NCBI GenBank assembly: GCA_002633005.1 | Contig: NMRA01000321.1 | Coordinates: 368,724 to 432,723, forward strand | Direction: 5' to 3' | Source of the DNA: Phoronis australis | Lineage: Eukaryota > Animalia > Phoronida | Length of the DNA stretch: 64,000 nt | Part shown: in pieces, positions 63,407-64,000 of the stretch | Layout of the letters: the number at the start of each line of letters is the position of its first letter | How positions within the stretch are numbered: the stretch's first letter is position 1 | Translations under genes and position numbers: made by a program | Notes under the pieces: generated by a model | What the model saw: only the letters and a program-made list of their open reading frames with translations | What the model was told of the DNA's origin: nothing | Databases searched by the model: none

Positions 63407-64000
63407 TAGTTGGCCTCGCTAACGCAGCAATTGTTTCCACACATTTTAGAACAGATTCCCGGGGTGTCCAGCCTTTTTGATGTCCGACAGCGGGAATGGG
63501 CGGTGTTCCGTCAAGTTGCGTTAAACACACGGACCGAGTAATTCCAGTAAAGTTACGTGACCTTACCCGTTTTCCCCCCTTGTTATGAATTAAACTGCGA
63601 ATTACAGTCCAGGCGAAATGTATTTCTCTCTCAAAGTCAGTCAATCGACTCGATTGTGGTCAAGTTCTAATTTACATGCGAAGTTGTATTATGAGTTATA
63701 TATATATGTTTTAGGGTTTCGGAAAAGCCGCAGGTCACTAACATGGTCGTGACGACCCACACGTAAATGTGAACAATTAATTGTACTTGTCGTAAACAAC
63801 TACATTGCTTTGTGACCCCAGCGGCCGGTCATGACAGTTTGCGGCGTTCTTTACGAGTCAATGTAACCCGGGATGCCAGAAGGCGATTAATATACATGTA
63901 TGCCAATTGTTTTCATTATTGATTCCAGTCAAGCTGTTGTTCGGTCGGGCTAGTTGATCAGGCATGTATCATGATCTGCATGTACTTATTTTACTTAATT

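Overview
AT-rich, intron-containing animal genomic DNA, probably a marine invertebrate such as a lophotrochozoan (inferred from gene content and repeats). It is not prokaryotic, so most listed ORFs are noise and the real genes are spliced GT-AG models built here by hand. (1) + strand: two WSC-domain exons (48-256, 1544-1679) and two exons of a CHST1/3/4/5-type carbohydrate 6-O-sulfotransferase (5845-5998, 7315-8167). These are splice-phase compatible and may form one WSC-sulfotransferase gene with an alternative short terminal exon. (2) - strand: a 4-exon GPI-anchored Ly6/uPAR three-finger protein with an N-terminal mucin segment (19389->10953). (3) - strand: a complete 4-exon TMEM129 ERAD E3 ligase (42889->36574, 362 aa). 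(4) - strand: a 7-exon TNIP2/ABIN-2-like EABR-UBAN-zinc-finger protein (62291->52358, about 557 aa) with a perfect kappaB site upstream. Non-coding DNA is dense in DNA transposon relics: Harbinger with a nested rearrangement, IS3EU, a THAP relic split by a hAT MITE, MITEs with 5-bp TSDs, a CACTA-like element, a 700-bp foldback and tRNA-derived SINE heads. Two about 1-kb tandem duplications flanking single N bases look like assembly artefacts. No CRISPR, rRNA or intact tRNA was seen.
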